Source of the DNA: Octopus bimaculoides
Lineage: Eukaryota
Reading direction: 5' to 3'
NCBI RefSeq assembly: GCF_001194135.2
Contig: NC_068999.1
Coordinates: 51,324,255-51,388,224 of the forward strand
DNA length: 63,970 bases
The notes under the pieces were generated by a model. The model saw nothing but the letters and a program-made list of their open reading frames with translations. It was not told where the DNA came from and searched no databases. Made by a program: the position numbers and the translations under genes. Below are positions 37,785 through 51,596 of this stretch, in pieces. The first letter of the stretch is position 1; each line of letters begins with the position of its first letter.

Positions 37785-38535
37785 AAATTCGTCTGAAATA
37801 TTATACATTGTATATCAAGCATTACATTACCCATGTATCTCTTTTTAATTTTGTTTTTGTAAGTAACTGCGGTGTTATTCCAAGACGGTTTTTGTGTGCA
37901 ATCCAGTAAGTGTAACGAACACGTAGCTAAAAGGAACTATGCATGTTATAACAGGCATATATCTAGGACAATATTAGCCCGCGTGTCCTTCTTCTCGAAT
38001 GGCAATGCAATGTTATTTAAAAGGATGCTATTACTTCTTGTATAAGGTCTAACGATCATACAAGCTGAACTACCGCCTTTTTGTTTTGCTCTAGTAAACA
38101 AAGGAACCTTCGAATGTTCCATATATTTGTCAGGGCACTCAGACGTTTACACACATGTCTATGGTATTTCACCATTCGTAAGCAAGTTAAAGAATAGATA
38201 AATATGTACGTAATAATAAATAAATGAATAAGTATATAAACAAGAAATGGAGAGGGACAAGCACAGAAATAATTCGACAGATTAACCACAAGAAACGGTC
38301 GACTAAAAGTTAATTTTGCTGGTGTAGTGTATTGCTCTGAGAGTAATAAGCTGTACATTATAAAATGGTTGAGTATGAGTTACAAAGCTCGTGTAAATAT
38401 CACTGCTCTGATAACGCTACAGCAGATCAAATAGCTCAAGGCGTACTTCTTTAGTTCTATATTTATATAAGCATGCGCATGTGTACATATGTTCAGCTGT
38501 ATAGTTGGGTATATATATATTTATATATTTAAATA

Positions 38536-38589
<54 letters not shown>

Positions 38590-39598
38590 NNNNNNNNNNN
38601 NNNNNNNNNNNNNNNNNNNNNNNNNNNNNNNNNNNNNNNNNNNNNNNNNNNNNNNNNNNNNNNNNNNNNNNNNNNNNNNNNNNNNNNNNNNNNNNNNNNN
38701 NNNNNNNNNNNNNNNNNNNNNNNNNNNNNNNNNNNNNNNNNNNNNNNNNNNNNNNNNNNNNNNNNNNNNNNNNNNNNNNNNNNNNNNNNNNNNNNNNNNN
38801 NNNNNNNNNNNNNNNNNNNNNNNNNNNNNNNNNNNNNNNNNNNNNNNNNNNNNATATATATATATATATATATATGTATAGGCATAGGCAGAGCTGCGAC
38901 ATTCTTAAACACGCAGTCATTATCATAGTACACACGTATTACTCATACATATCTTGAAATGAATTTATACGTTTGTGTACATACGTGTTTATAAGCAAAC
39001 ATATGACGTTTATATTATATATGTATTGTTGGTATGTATGTATGTTTGTAAGTATGTATGTACGTATGTATGTATATCTATGTATCCCCATAAACAGTTA
39101 CACAAATATATAAGATTCCATTTAGGCTCTCTAGATGCTGTTATTGCAATGCCCTTAAGTTAATGCAGTATATTATGTTGTCACGCGTCTGGCGAAGCCA
39201 ATGGCATATTCTTATGAATTTAGCAGGAAAAATTGATGACGACTGGTGATAGAACTCTGATGGAAATGTGAGCAAAAAAATACTTTGGAACTTTGGAACC
39301 TTAAGGGATATTTGGTAAATCTATATACTACCAGGCGTACATTATGTACATCCATACCAGTGTACATTTATACATGCATATGTACAAACTTTTATATATA
39401 AATTCACATACATAGGATAACATAACTGGTCTATGTATCTATATACGTGTGCATGTGTGTGTGTTTCTCTGTGTGTTTGTGTGTGTGTACGTGTGTGTGT
39501 GAGTGTGTGTGTGTGTAGATCTATGTATATGTGTGGATGTGTTTTAAAGGAAAATGACCTGAAAGAAATAACTCGAAGGCCAGTTGCATGTACTCCAG

Positions 39599-39793
39599 GA
39601 GGAGGAGGACGACGAAGAAGAAGAAGAAGAAGAAGAAGAAGAAGAAGAAGAAGAAGAAGAAGAAGAAGAAAAAGAAGAAGAAGAAGAAGAAGAAGAAGAA
39701 GAAGAAGAAAAAAGAACAACAATAACAGCAACAACAATAATAATAACAACAACAATAATAATAACAACAAGCAGAACAAAAACAACAACAACA
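39599..39793. repeat. Compound triplet repeat (GGA)(GAA)n then (AAC/AAT)n
   Basis: Seen directly; source of the poly-R/E/K/N ORFs in the track. Confidence 0.97.
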
Positions 39794-39809
39794 AGGCTTC
39801 TCCACAAAA

Positions 39810-40125
39810 ACTGATCCTATTATTGAAGCACTGATCTCAGATATGATTATAGAAGACTAAAAAGTGATACAGTGTAAAATTATGGACATTATTGCCCATT
39901 TGGATGCCAAAGAAATTGAAAAAAATATTGAAAAATATCAGGATCTTAAAAGAGATATGAAAGAGATTGTTGAAGGTTAAGGCGACCATTATTTGCTGTG
40001 GTAATTGGTGCAAATGCGCAACCCGACACTGCAATCCATGGGGCTACAGGATTGAGACTCACCTTGTCCATCCACCAAAAAGGACAATCCTGTATTCTGA
40101 GTCATAAGAACGATTCTTGATATTT
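39810..40125 (+). mobile_element. R4/Dong-like non-LTR retrotransposon, restriction-like endonuclease (RLE) C-terminal remnant
   Basis: Reads TDPIIEALISDMIIED*KVIQCKIMDIIAHLDAKEIEKNIEKYQDLKRDM...[frameshift] VVIGA, following the recalled R4/Dong pattern TDhvIeArRPDIvv.Dk..C.IID.a.P.D....KE.EKieKYqDL...VVIGALG. Confidence 0.8.
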
Positions 40126-40232
40126 TGGGGTGGATGGATGGAAAGCGATATTAATTTGACCGGCTCTTCAAGCTTTCGCCTATCGGTTTCTTCAATCAGT
40201 GAAATAATTTTTTTCTACTTGTGTATTTTTAG

Positions 40233-40261
40233 ATTGAAGAGAAGTCCACGAAAAGAAATTG
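40233..40261 (+). CDS. Candidate 29-nt internal micro-exon of an unidentified gene
   Basis: ttttttctacttgtgtatttttag|ATTGAAGAGAAGTCCACGAAAAGAAATTG|gtatgt; two frames open (IEEKSTKRN or LKRSPRKEI). Confidence 0.3.
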
Positions 40262-42314
40262 GTATGTAAGATATTTTTAGAATTTGTTATCAAATTTCAC
40301 CGAAGTTACCACTGTATTCTTTATATTTTGTTGAAGATTCAAAGGCAATAAAGTGTGCAGGTAGATTAAGCAGATAGTTCAAAAAGAGGGTGGGCTAAAG
40401 TGAGGTTTAGGTGATTTGTTTACTGTATATATATCGAGAGAGAGAGACAGAGAGATCGACAGACAGGTAAATACATACATACATAAATATATTTATATTT
40501 GTATTTATTTATAGACATATATACATATACACATATACACATGTATATATGTATAAACACATACACACACGCGCGCATATATGTATGTTTGTGCCTTTGA
40601 GTTTAAGTGTGGGTATGTATGTTTATGTGTATAAATCAGAGCACGTAATTACGTGTGCGTCAGTTTTCGTGTAGTTGCGTGTACATGTGTGCATGTGATA
40701 CATCAAATGCTTATCCTACATGCAACGTATAATTTCCAATACTCCTCCTTCAGATAATTTTGAATGCAAATTAAACAACAACCAGGGAAAAAATAACTAA
40801 ACAAGAACAACAGCAAAGCGAAACGAAACGATATTCCGAAACGAGTAAAATTTAATTATCTTATTGCCTGCAGTTAATAACTAACTTATGTTATTAGTAA
40901 TTATAATAGTATGTTAACGGATCTCCCTAATGCCCTCTTCACAAGATCTGTTCGTTTATCCATCAACTCGCGGTCTCAAAGATGTGCGTACTACTGAAAA
41001 TGAAAAGAAAAAGAACACGAACGCGTCACTTGTTAATATTATACTATTTGTTGTTTTAACGCTATTACAAGAAATAATGCAATTTGGGATATGAGATTAA
41101 AACAGCAAACGATGTGACCTTGTAATTAGTTGGCAGAAATGGAACGAAGAATAAATGAAATAGCAATGATAATAATGATGATAATAATAGTAAAAATAAA
41201 ACAAATAAAATGAAATATAATATTGTTTCTAAACGTGTAATCTTGAGAGCAATCTTTGGCTAATTACAAAACTGTTACTCTCACACAATTATTACGTGTC
41301 GTTCGTGTGTGTTTGAGTGCGTTTGTGCAAGAGTGAGAGAGAGAGGGGGAGAAGGAAAATTTGGATAGATTTCATGATATGCGACACTTACTAGCATTGG
41401 TGAAAGCTGTTGTACTGAAGCAATGATTTATATATGTATATAGATAGATTTATATCACTCATAAGGGCACATGAATGCGCCTGCCTGCTAGAAATAAGAG
41501 TTAGAAACCTCGTTCAAACAACCAAAAATAATACTGAAAATAGCAACAGAATCAACAGTGCTCGGGCGAACGGATCGAAAAATTCGTTCACATCTCTATA
41601 TAGCATAATGCTATATATTTCTTAATATTAGTATACACGTGATCACCCGAGTACTGTTGATTCTGTTGTTATTTTCAGTGATATTTTGTGTGGTTTAAAC
41701 GAGGATTTAAACTTTTATCTCTAGTAATATTGATATAATTTTAATTCTATAGCTATATAATGGTATTCAAACTTTAAATAGTATTAGCGAAACCGTTTAT
41801 TTTGTTGGAAGAAAAAAATCTTTTGTATAGTATTGCATAATATTTTTGTTATGATATGATTCTAATATATGCTTTAATCTTGTAAAGCAAATCTGTGTTT
41901 TTCATCTTATTTTTTCCTTATATATANNNNNNNNNNNNNNNNNNNNNNNNNNNNNNNNNNNNNNNNNNNNNNNNNNNNNNNNNNNNNNNNNNNNNNNNNN
42001 NNNNNNNNNNNNNNNNNNNNNNNNNNNNNNNNATATATATATATATAAACCTGTACTGTTAATTGTTCTATGTTACCAATGTACAGGTATGATACTCTGC
42101 TCCTCTATCTAGTGTTGTACGATATGGAGCATCATATGCAGGAGGAAATTGTGTGCGGAATATGATAGAAGAAAAAGAAATAATCATAATTTACAGAATA
42201 TATGTATGATCTCCAATATTTTTATAGAAAGTACACAAGTTGTCGCTGAAGTGCAAGATTGGATAATTGTTATGTAATTATTACTACACTTTGTGAAACA
42301 CGTGTATACTCTAT

Positions 42315-43060
42315 AAGGCATTGGATATCATACCAGTTTTGTGTAAATCAGTACTCATACCAATATTTGGAAAGCTTGATTGGACGCTTGATGAGACCCG
42401 AGCCATTGATGTGACAAACCGGAAGTTACTAAGCAGCACACATTAATTTGAACATCATCAATGACGTTGACCACCTCTGCCTAAAAGGAACACAAGGCGG
42501 CATAGGCTTCACATCAATCTAGACTGCCTTTAAATGTCAGCAACATCTTTTAACCACCAAGTGTCGAAGTGCATTCCTTGATCAAGTTTGCACACATGAA
42601 GCTGACTCTACTGCATGGTATCATCAGATGAAAGGATGATCATCAAAGCGTGTCTGTTATGAACCAATTACTGGATTACTAACGCCCACTTTGAAGGATA
42701 TGCGTTTGCAATCCAGGAACAATAAATATCGACTAAATGCCTGATGCAGAAAAAGCAGCAAAATGTGACAACCGATGCAGATTTTGTGGAGTGAACGCCG
42801 AAGATATCACCCATTTCAAAGCAGTTGCCCGAAAATGTTATCGCGGTATATCTACCGATGAGATGTATTGTTGTAGCTAGCACACTGTATAATGAGATCC
42901 GTCGGAAGGATAACTCCGAGGACAAAAAAATAAGAACTCGCAGTATAGTAAAATTCATGGACACGTGATAAAAATGAGTACTGTAATAATATGTAAAAAC
43001 AATAGACATGATATAATGATTTGGGATAGAGAAGAGAAACGATATAAATGATTAATTTCG
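42315..43060 (+). mobile_element. R4/Dong-like non-LTR retrotransposon remnant: RT C-terminus, CCHC knuckle and start of RLE
   Basis: With stops and frameshifts: FGKLDWTLDETRAIDVTNRKLL...DVDHLCLKGTQGGIGFTSI...FEGYAFAIQEQ...CRFCGVNAEDITH..SSCPKM...NRHDIMIWDREEK. First Cys of the knuckle at 42776. Confidence 0.9.
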
Positions 43061-43307
43061 AATAAATAACTAACCATCCGTAGGTAAATATAGACGTAAA
43101 AGTTAAGTGTATATGTACGTATGTATGTATGTAGGTAGGAAGGTAGGAAGGTAGGTAGGTAGGTATACATGCATATGTCTGCTTTGCATGCGTGTGAATA
43201 TGTTTCTGCTTTAGAAGGAATGTGTGTGTGTTTGTGCATGTGTGAATTTGTTTGTTGCTACCTTGATATAAAATGGAAGTCTTTATCTATTTACCATAGT
43301 CCAAAGA

Positions 43308-43345
<38 letters not shown>

Positions 43346-44329
43346 NNNNNNNNNNNNNNNNNNNNNNNNNNNNNNNNNNNNNNNNNNNNNNNNNNNNNNN
43401 NNNNNNNNNNNNNNNNNNNNNNNNNNNNNNNNNNNNNNNNNNNNNNNNNNNNNNNNNNNNNNNNNNNNNNNNNNNNNNNNNNNNNNNNNNNNNNNNNNNN
43501 NNNNNNNNNNNNNNNNNNNNNNNNNNNNNNNNNNNNNNNNNNNNNNNNNNNNNNNNNNNNNNNNNNNNNNNNNNNNNNNNNNNNNNNNNNNNNNNNNNNN
43601 NNNNNNNNNNNNNNNNNNNNNNNNNNNNNNNNNNNNNNNNNNNNNNNNNNNNNNNNNNNNNNNNNNNNNNNNNNNNNNNNNNNNNNNNNNNNNNNNNNNN
43701 NNNNNNNNNNNNNNNNNNNNNNNNNNNNNNNNNNNNNNNNNNNNNNNNNNNNNNNNNNNNNNNNNNNNNNNNNNNNNNNNNNNNNNNNNNNNNNNNNNNN
43801 NNNNNNNNNNNNNNNNNNNNNNNNNNNNNNNNNNNNNNNNNNNNNNNNNNNNNNNNNNNNNNNNNNNNNNNNNNNNNNNNNNNNNNNNNNNNNNNNNNNN
43901 NNNNNNNNNNNNNNNNNNNNNNNNNNNNNNNNNNNNNNNNNNNNNNNNNNNNNNNNNNNNNNNNNNNNNNNNNNNNAAGGTTTTACTTTTCGTAATGAGA
44001 TAAAAGTTAGATATACAATAAATGAGTTATAAATGTAGAAGGGGCCACAACAAGTTGGGAGAACCCGTGTGATAGATGTGATGATTTAAACTTTGACACC
44101 CATTAAAGGAAGTGACGTTTTATGATCTCATTTAACCTGAAGCTAATAGCAACAACACCGAGATCAACAAAATATCAGAACAAACGTCTGCTTTGAAACA
44201 AGAGGCTCATTACGTCGAAGCTTCTCCGGATTTACGAGTCCTTTAGATAAATAAGAGAGTACAACACCTCTCGAATGGAACAAGAGCAGGTAACAAAATT
44301 GGCCTTCATTTACCATAAGTGTTCACCTT

Positions 44330-44445
44330 TCTGCTGACTGAACTGGACCAATGGGAAAGAAGCGCATAGCTAAAGGACGTAACGTGCCACTCTGTCCAAC
44401 AGTCGAACCCAAAACCAGCAACCTAACCAGTGAGCTATACTTCTA
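44330..44445 (-). mobile_element. SINE family 3, very diverged
   Basis: CTGCTGACTGAACTGGACCAA...AAGGAC.TAACG...GTCGAACCC resembles the copy at 28940. Confidence 0.4.
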
Positions 44446-45906
44446 CACATAGCGATAACAAGACATGAGTATTTCATTAGCTAAGCGTGGAATTCAAATC
44501 CTCTCATGGCTTACAAAATATACAGATAATTTGTCACTGCATAACTTTTTCCTAAATAGCTAAACAACTACAAAGTTCTCGGTGTTGTCCCAACGGTTGA
44601 ATGCTTTACGAAACATTACATTAGTATTCGTCATATTATACTTACTTGGCACAGACCCAGTCTCACACCATAAGTGCGAGATTGTCATCTCCTTCCATAC
44701 ATTAATTCACGTCACGTTCATTATTACATACTCACATACATTCAAACGGCTGGTTTCATGTTTGCCAAAAGTATAAGCACTAATGTAAATTATGGCCACG
44801 TGATATACACATGCTTCGTAATGATTTCATTATTAATCAGACTTGCCTTAATAATAAGCGTTTATTGAATTAATGAATGATATTCAATTGAAGATTATCC
44901 ATTAGCTTGTCACTACATTGCAACTAACTAATAGGTAAATTGAATGTGGAGAGAGTACATGGATGATGTTGTTGTCCATATATGTATAAAGATACACACA
45001 AATGTATAAGTATATATACACATATAGTATATATATATANNNNNNNNNNNNNNNNNNNNNNNNNNNNNNNNNNNNNNNNNNNNNNNNNNNNNNNNNNNNN
45101 NNNNNNNNNNNNNNNNNNNNNNNNNNNNNNNNNNNNNNNNNNNNNNNNNNNNNNNNNNNNNNNNNNNNNNNNNNNNNNNNNNNNNNNNNNNNNNNNNNNN
45201 NNNNNNNNNNNNNNNNNNNNNNNNNNNNNNNNNNNNNNNNNNNNNNNNNNNNNNNNNNNNNNNNNNNNNNNNNNNNNNNNNNNNNNNNNNNNNNNNNNNN
45301 NNNNNNNNNNNNNNNNNNNNNNNNNNNNNNNNNNNNNNNNNNNNNNNNNNNNNNNNNNNNNNNNNNNNNNNNNNNNNNNNNNNNNNNNNNNNNNNNNNNN
45401 NNNNNNNNNNNNNNNNNNNNNNNNNNNNNNNNNNNNNNNNNNNNNNNNNNNNNNNNNNNNNNNNNNNNNNNNNNNNNNNNNNNNNNNNNNNNNNNNNNNN
45501 NNNNNNNNNNNNNNNNNNNNNNNNNNNNNNNNNNNNNNNNNNNNNNNNNNNNNNNNNNNNNNNNNNNNNNNNNNNNNNNNNNNNNNNNNNNNNNNNNNNN
45601 NNNNNNNNNNNNNNNNNNNNNNNNNNNNNNNNNNNNNNNNNNNNNNNNNNNNNNNNNNNNNNNNNNNNNNNNNNNNNNNNNNNNNNNNNNNNNNNNNNNN
45701 NNNNNNNNNNNNNNNNNNNNNNNNNNNNNNNNNNNNNNNNNNNNNNNNNNNNNNNNNNNNNNNNNNNNNNNNNNNNNNNNNNNNNNNNNNNNNNNNNNNN
45801 NNNNNNNNNNNNNNNNNNNNNNNNNNNNNNNNNNTATATATATATATATATATTAATGAAGAGCGTTGTAGAGTTCTCTTTGCTTGAAGCATCGTAATAT
45901 AAAAGT

Positions 45907-45907
<1 letters not shown>

Positions 45908-45962
<55 letters not shown>
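45908..45962. repeat. (GATA)n microsatellite
   Basis: Seen directly. Confidence 0.98.
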
Positions 45963-47898
45963 ATAACTCGCTTAGTTGTAAAACCGGAGATCTTGTTCTC
46001 TCCTGTTGTTTGATTACCTGGCATTTCAGGTGAACATTTTAGTGCCGTTTTGCAAGTTGTTATTGACTGTAGATTTCAACACGTTTGCGGCTGATAGCCA
46101 TTTTCTTTAGTATAATTGTGAAGCGATGGTCATACTCGTCAGCGAGTCGGCAGCCACTATATATCGGAAAGTTGAAATGAAAGGGTGGCGTTAATAAGAA
46201 ACTTGATTTGAATGTAATTATAACGTTAACACTAAATTAATAAACGTGATCTGCTTGTGGTTAATATTTTGCTTAAATGCAGCATTTGATTTGGAGATAG
46301 GCAAGTGTTATATCAAAAAAGCTTTGGTGCAATGAACTTATATAGGATTAATAAATGCTCAGTACCATGTGTGGAAATAGTTATTTTAGATTGATACCAG
46401 ATAAATAATGTACAATATGATGAAGGGAAAAAATGGACGAGAGGATAAAATAAAATGTCTAGGGTGGAATGTGCTGTGTTAAATAAGATTATAAAGCTAC
46501 TTCAGGTATTTCAAATGAGAAGTAGCAAGAAAAATTTGCATTTTCTTTTTTTTTTTTTTTTNNNNNNNNNNTTTTTTTTTTTTTTTTTTTTCCTTACCGA
46601 CGACCAATAATTTTAATAGTTCCTGCTCATTGACTCAGAGAAATAAAGTCGAAAAAAACGTTCTGCACAGATTCAATTGCAAACAGGGATTTATATTGAA
46701 GTCACATTCATTGTGGTTGTTTCAGACTCGTTCTTTAAGTCATCATTAGCATAATCAGCCAGGAACACTGCAAATAGATTTGTTTCTCTAACCAAATTTT
46801 CGATTGCGAAATATGTTTTAAATGCAGCGTATAAGTAAAATTCATAAATGCAGGATGTTGTTGATGAAGACAGTATGATATTAAGAGAATGATTTCATAA
46901 CTGAAAAGATATCATTAGCACCTGGCGAACAGTCGATTTACTGACGTTCATCGTGCTGTTATTTAACTGGAAGTGTTGATTCTTTAATATAATAACATTA
47001 TAGAATTAATGCACTGAACTGCAAGAAAATATAAGAAAAGTATTTGTAAAGATAATATAATATTGAAGCCTTCAATGTTTGCACTTGCTTTACTGACAAG
47101 GAAAATCAAAACAAGAAAATATTGAAGAATCAGCTGACATGTTTGTACCTTGTACAATTAAGGTGAAAGATAAATATGTTCATCTGAGGTGGCTTAAAAA
47201 AGAAAGTACATATAGATACCTTTGCCGCCACATACAAAATTAGTTCTATTCCAAAATGGCTTATTTTCTTATAAGACATTTGAGTTAAAAGTAAAGATAA
47301 ACTATTTTTCGCAATTCTTGCCAACGAATATAATAATATATCCTACAATAAGCAATTTAATTTCTGTAGCCATGGTTTCGGAAAATTCTTCGTGGCAAAT
47401 CAACAATTCTTTAAATTTTTACTGTTTGCACGGGATAAAAAATATATATATTTGTCTCCACTTAAACGTAGATGTTTTGTTAGGACAAACGTCACTGCGG
47501 TCGGTAAGTGGGGATAAATACTACCCTCGGTATCAATAATATATATTCTTTAACGATATTTCACTCTATTATAGATGCGCCGACAAGAATATCACATTTA
47601 TGTAACTGTAAACAAATATGTGGTAAGCAGTATACTTGAGAAATTTCTGGAATGACCAACGATTTAGAACTTCGACCAAAAATTTTAGTAACGAATTTCA
47701 AAGCTTACTCTTTAAGTCTCGGCTAGATCAGGAGGGAGTGACGCCTGCTTTCAATTAATTATTCGTAATTATTCAGACCCTTTGGAGCTTTGGCAAAATG
47801 AATGGTTAGAATTAGATGCAATAGTTCGGGGCCTTATATTTAAGTATAATATCCAATTATATAGCCCCGAACAATTGTATTTAATTCTAACTGTGATC

Positions 47899-47949
47899 AT
47901 GTTGCTAAAGTGCCAATGTTGCTAAAGTGCCAATGTTGCTAAAGTGCCA
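47899..47949. repeat. 17-bp tandem repeat x3 (ATGTTGCTAAAGTGCCA)
   Basis: Three exact copies. Confidence 0.97.
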
Positions 47950-48588
47950 TTGAAATAGAGACGTTTCATTTCTTCTTTGAACTAAATCACGAGTTGCTCT
48001 TATATTCTCATTTATAAAGATTAGTGCATGAAGACGAATTGTCAACAAAAGCTGGACAGTTGGTTGGTGAAATTACAAAACAGGTCTTATTAGATATGAG
48101 CGATGGATAAAGGTTCTTTCCATACCTTCTATCGTGATATTTATGAGTGTGCATGTGTTGGAAATATGTATGCATGTGTATGTGCATAAGGCAGGAATAC
48201 ACAATTTCCAATCGCAATTAGTATCATCATGTGTGTGTGTGTGCGTTTGTGTGTCAGTGTGTGAGTTTCTGTGATATATCAAAGGTAAGACAAAAAATGT
48301 CCTTCTATAAATGCCTACTTTCTTGCGTTCATACAATCAAATTACGCTCACAACATATAATTTCAACATATTATTTGTACTTAGTATATTATAAATTATT
48401 CATTTCATTGTAATTCTTGACATGCTTAGCATTCAGCTATTATATATGCATGTATAAATGTGTATACACAAACACACACACACACTCACACACACACTCA
48501 TACACACACTCACACACACAAACACACACACATATATATACACATATATATATATATACATATCGAGGTCTCATTCTTCTGTTGTCAC

Positions 48589-48635
<47 letters not shown>

Positions 48636-48726
48636 ATTATTATTATATGTGTGTGGTGGTGTGTGAATAGGTATGTATTTTACATACATATATATACACA
48701 TATACAAATGTATGTATATAGATATG

Positions 48727-48779
<53 letters not shown>

Positions 48780-50002
48780 ATAGATTGATAGATATGCATA
48801 TGCTTTTGTGTGTGAGTAAATACGTAAGAAATAGCACAATTCTCGTGAACAGCAAGAGGCCTCTTGAAAAATCAGTGGTTAACGTTAGTCTTGCAGCATA
48901 TAATGCATAATGACGTGTACGCTGGCATTGTATCTCACGTGACCCATTATTCATTACTGACAGCTAAATGAACTGAGGCCATGTAGAATAAAGAAAAGTA
49001 TTCTTCTCAGAAAGAGAGCACAAGCCACTCGTCATATTTGAGCACACAGCTCAACATTTATCGTTCAATAATCCATATTGTCTCTACAAGCTCCTACATT
49101 GAAGTGTGATTGATGTAATGAAAGCTATATCTTCCTATATTGTTATTGAGGATATGGAGGATGGTAAGAGTGGAGAGAACTTGAAGACAGAAAAAGAATT
49201 AAGATGCAATAAGTTTGAAAGATATTGTCTTTCCTGCTACCATCATCATCACTACGGTCCGCACGCGCACTCACGTGCAAATATAATCCATGGTTCATTC
49301 ATATCAAGATCAAATTTATTTTACATAGTCAAACATGCCCTTTAAAGTATTATGAGCACAGCCGACGCCATTTTGAGAAGCTGTAAGTCGAAATAAAGAT
49401 ATTTATACTGTATCTATCGTAGCTGCCTTCATTGAAGTTAAATCATTACAATAGGAAAATGAAATGTATACACATAGATTCCACTTAACAAGAACATAAC
49501 ACCAATATATAGCAACAATTTATATTGTTATAACGCATACAATAACAATTTATATTCCCCTGCCTCTGTTTGAGTTTAAAGAGAGAGTGATAGCATATCA
49601 TTTAGGCGTGGTACATTTGTAAAATAATTCTTGACTCTAAAAGTGCATTAGATATTGCAGCAGACCACAATAATCCCACTTTTCATCAAATGCAGCAATA
49701 TTAAATAACACTTAAAGCATGGTTGTGTGAATGTACTGAAATTCTCAAGTGGTATTTGAGAAGTTATACAAGAATTCAGCAGATCTCCAGATCAGAAGGT
49801 GATCATACGTGAAATCGAATAGCCATCGTTGCATAAAAGTGATGGATGTATGTGTTCGCGCCTTTTGCATCCATGCACTTGTAACATTATCTGTCAATTT
49901 GTAAATGTGTATGCGTTGGAATATCGAACTTCAGAAGCATTCAAAAAGACATTTACATATGCAATGAATGCGTCTGTGCTGCTGCGGGTATACAAATATA
50001 TT

Positions 50003-50058
<56 letters not shown>

Positions 50059-51024
50059 NNNNNNNNNNNNNNNNNNNNNNNNNNNNNNNNNNNNNNNNNN
50101 NNNNNNNNNNNNNNNNNNNNNNNNNNNNNNNNNNNNNNNNNNNNNNNNNNNNNNNNNNNNNNNNNNNNNNNNNNNNNNNNNNNNNNNNNNNNNNNNNNNN
50201 NNNNNNNNNNNNNNNNNNNNNNNNNNNNNNNNNNNNNNNNNNNNNNNNNNNNNNNNNNNNNNNNNNNNNNNNNNNNNNNNNNNNNNNNNNNNNNNNNNNN
50301 NNNNNNNNNNNNNNNNNNNNNNNNNNNNNNNNNNNNNNNNNNNNNNNNNNNNNNNNNNNNNNNNNNNNNNNNNNNNNNNNNNNNNNNNNNNNNNNNNNNN
50401 NNNNNNNNNNNNNNNNNNNNNNNNNNNNNNNNNNNNNNNNNNNNNNNNNNNNNNNNNNNNNNNNNNNNNNNNNNNNNNNNNNNNNNNNNNNNNNNNNNNN
50501 NNNNNNNNNNNNNNNNNNNNNNNNNNNNNNNNNNNNNNNNNNNNNNNNNNNNNNNNNNNNNNNNNNNNNNNNNNNNNNNNNNNNNNNNNNNNNTGTATGT
50601 ATGTGTGTATATCTGCGACTATGCAATATATACACAGAAGCAAAATACATAACAGACCGTTCTCAAAACGGTTAACCTTCTAACGTCCAGTCCAACGGGA
50701 TGTAAATAGATAACATAAATACTACCAACATGCAAATATACTCACTAATAATACATCTAAATGTTTGTTTAACTACCTCTTAGAACCAAAACGAAAACAT
50801 ACTGAATGCATTATTCTAACATCGTCTTCGCCCTGACAGCTGAAACAAGCGAAAAAGAAAAAAACAAAAAGAAGTGCTAGATGCAAAACTGCGAACTACA
50901 GCTGAAAATGTTTATAAATTATGTAATACGCTAGATCGAAAAATCTTTAAACAGACTCTCTCACACAATCACCCGGCATTTAGTTTTATTACTTTCCTTG
51001 TGTTGTTCATATATATATAGATAC

Positions 51025-51080
51025 AGGCTTTGTGGTTAGGGAGATCACTTTGCAGCAATGTGATTTCATGTTCAGTTCCA
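51025..51080 (+). mobile_element. SINE family 2 head fragment
   Basis: GGCTTTGTGGTTAGGGAG...TTTGCAGC...ATGTTCAGTTCCAC resembles the family 2 head. Confidence 0.45.
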
Positions 51081-51554
51081 CATCTGTCTTCGTTTTCTTT
51101 TTCAGCTCTTTCTGGGACCATATGTTGTCTTGAAGAGCAGAAAAGGCGTCAGTGGATTTCTTAAGTCGGAGAAATATTTCAGTATCGTGGGAGCATCAAA
51201 AGTTTATTGTACTACCGAGTAAGATGAAGCGTTAACCAACTTGCAGACTCTTCCCATCGACGTGGATGGAAGGTTCCACACAGGCTGTACCTCGTTCTGG
51301 TTGAAACAGAAAAAATGTATTATTCAAACTAATTGTCAATTTAAATATTTTTCATGACTGGGGCAAACTGTCCATGAAACACTGCATATCAGCGACAATG
51401 TGCGAGACCAGGTTGCAAGAGATGTAGAGGTTGTCGCAGACAAGATTTAGATGTATTGCCGATTTAGCAACAAAACGGCGTATTTTGAAAACCTTTCCTG
51501 TGCTGCTATATCGTACATACGTACATAAATATAAATGTAAACATACATAATGTG

Positions 51555-51596
<42 letters not shown>

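Noticed and set aside
40063-40096. Minus-strand segment reading IVLFGGWTR (kelch/FBXO42-like) with an AAG|gtgagt donor
   Set aside because: It lies antisense within the C-terminal region of the R4/Dong remnant, and no further kelch exons were found; treated as coincidence.
46596-46633. Minus-strand segment GTIKIIGR (AMP-binding-enzyme-like) with a gtaagg donor
   Set aside because: Eight-residue resemblance only, with a weak acceptor and no supporting neighbouring exons.
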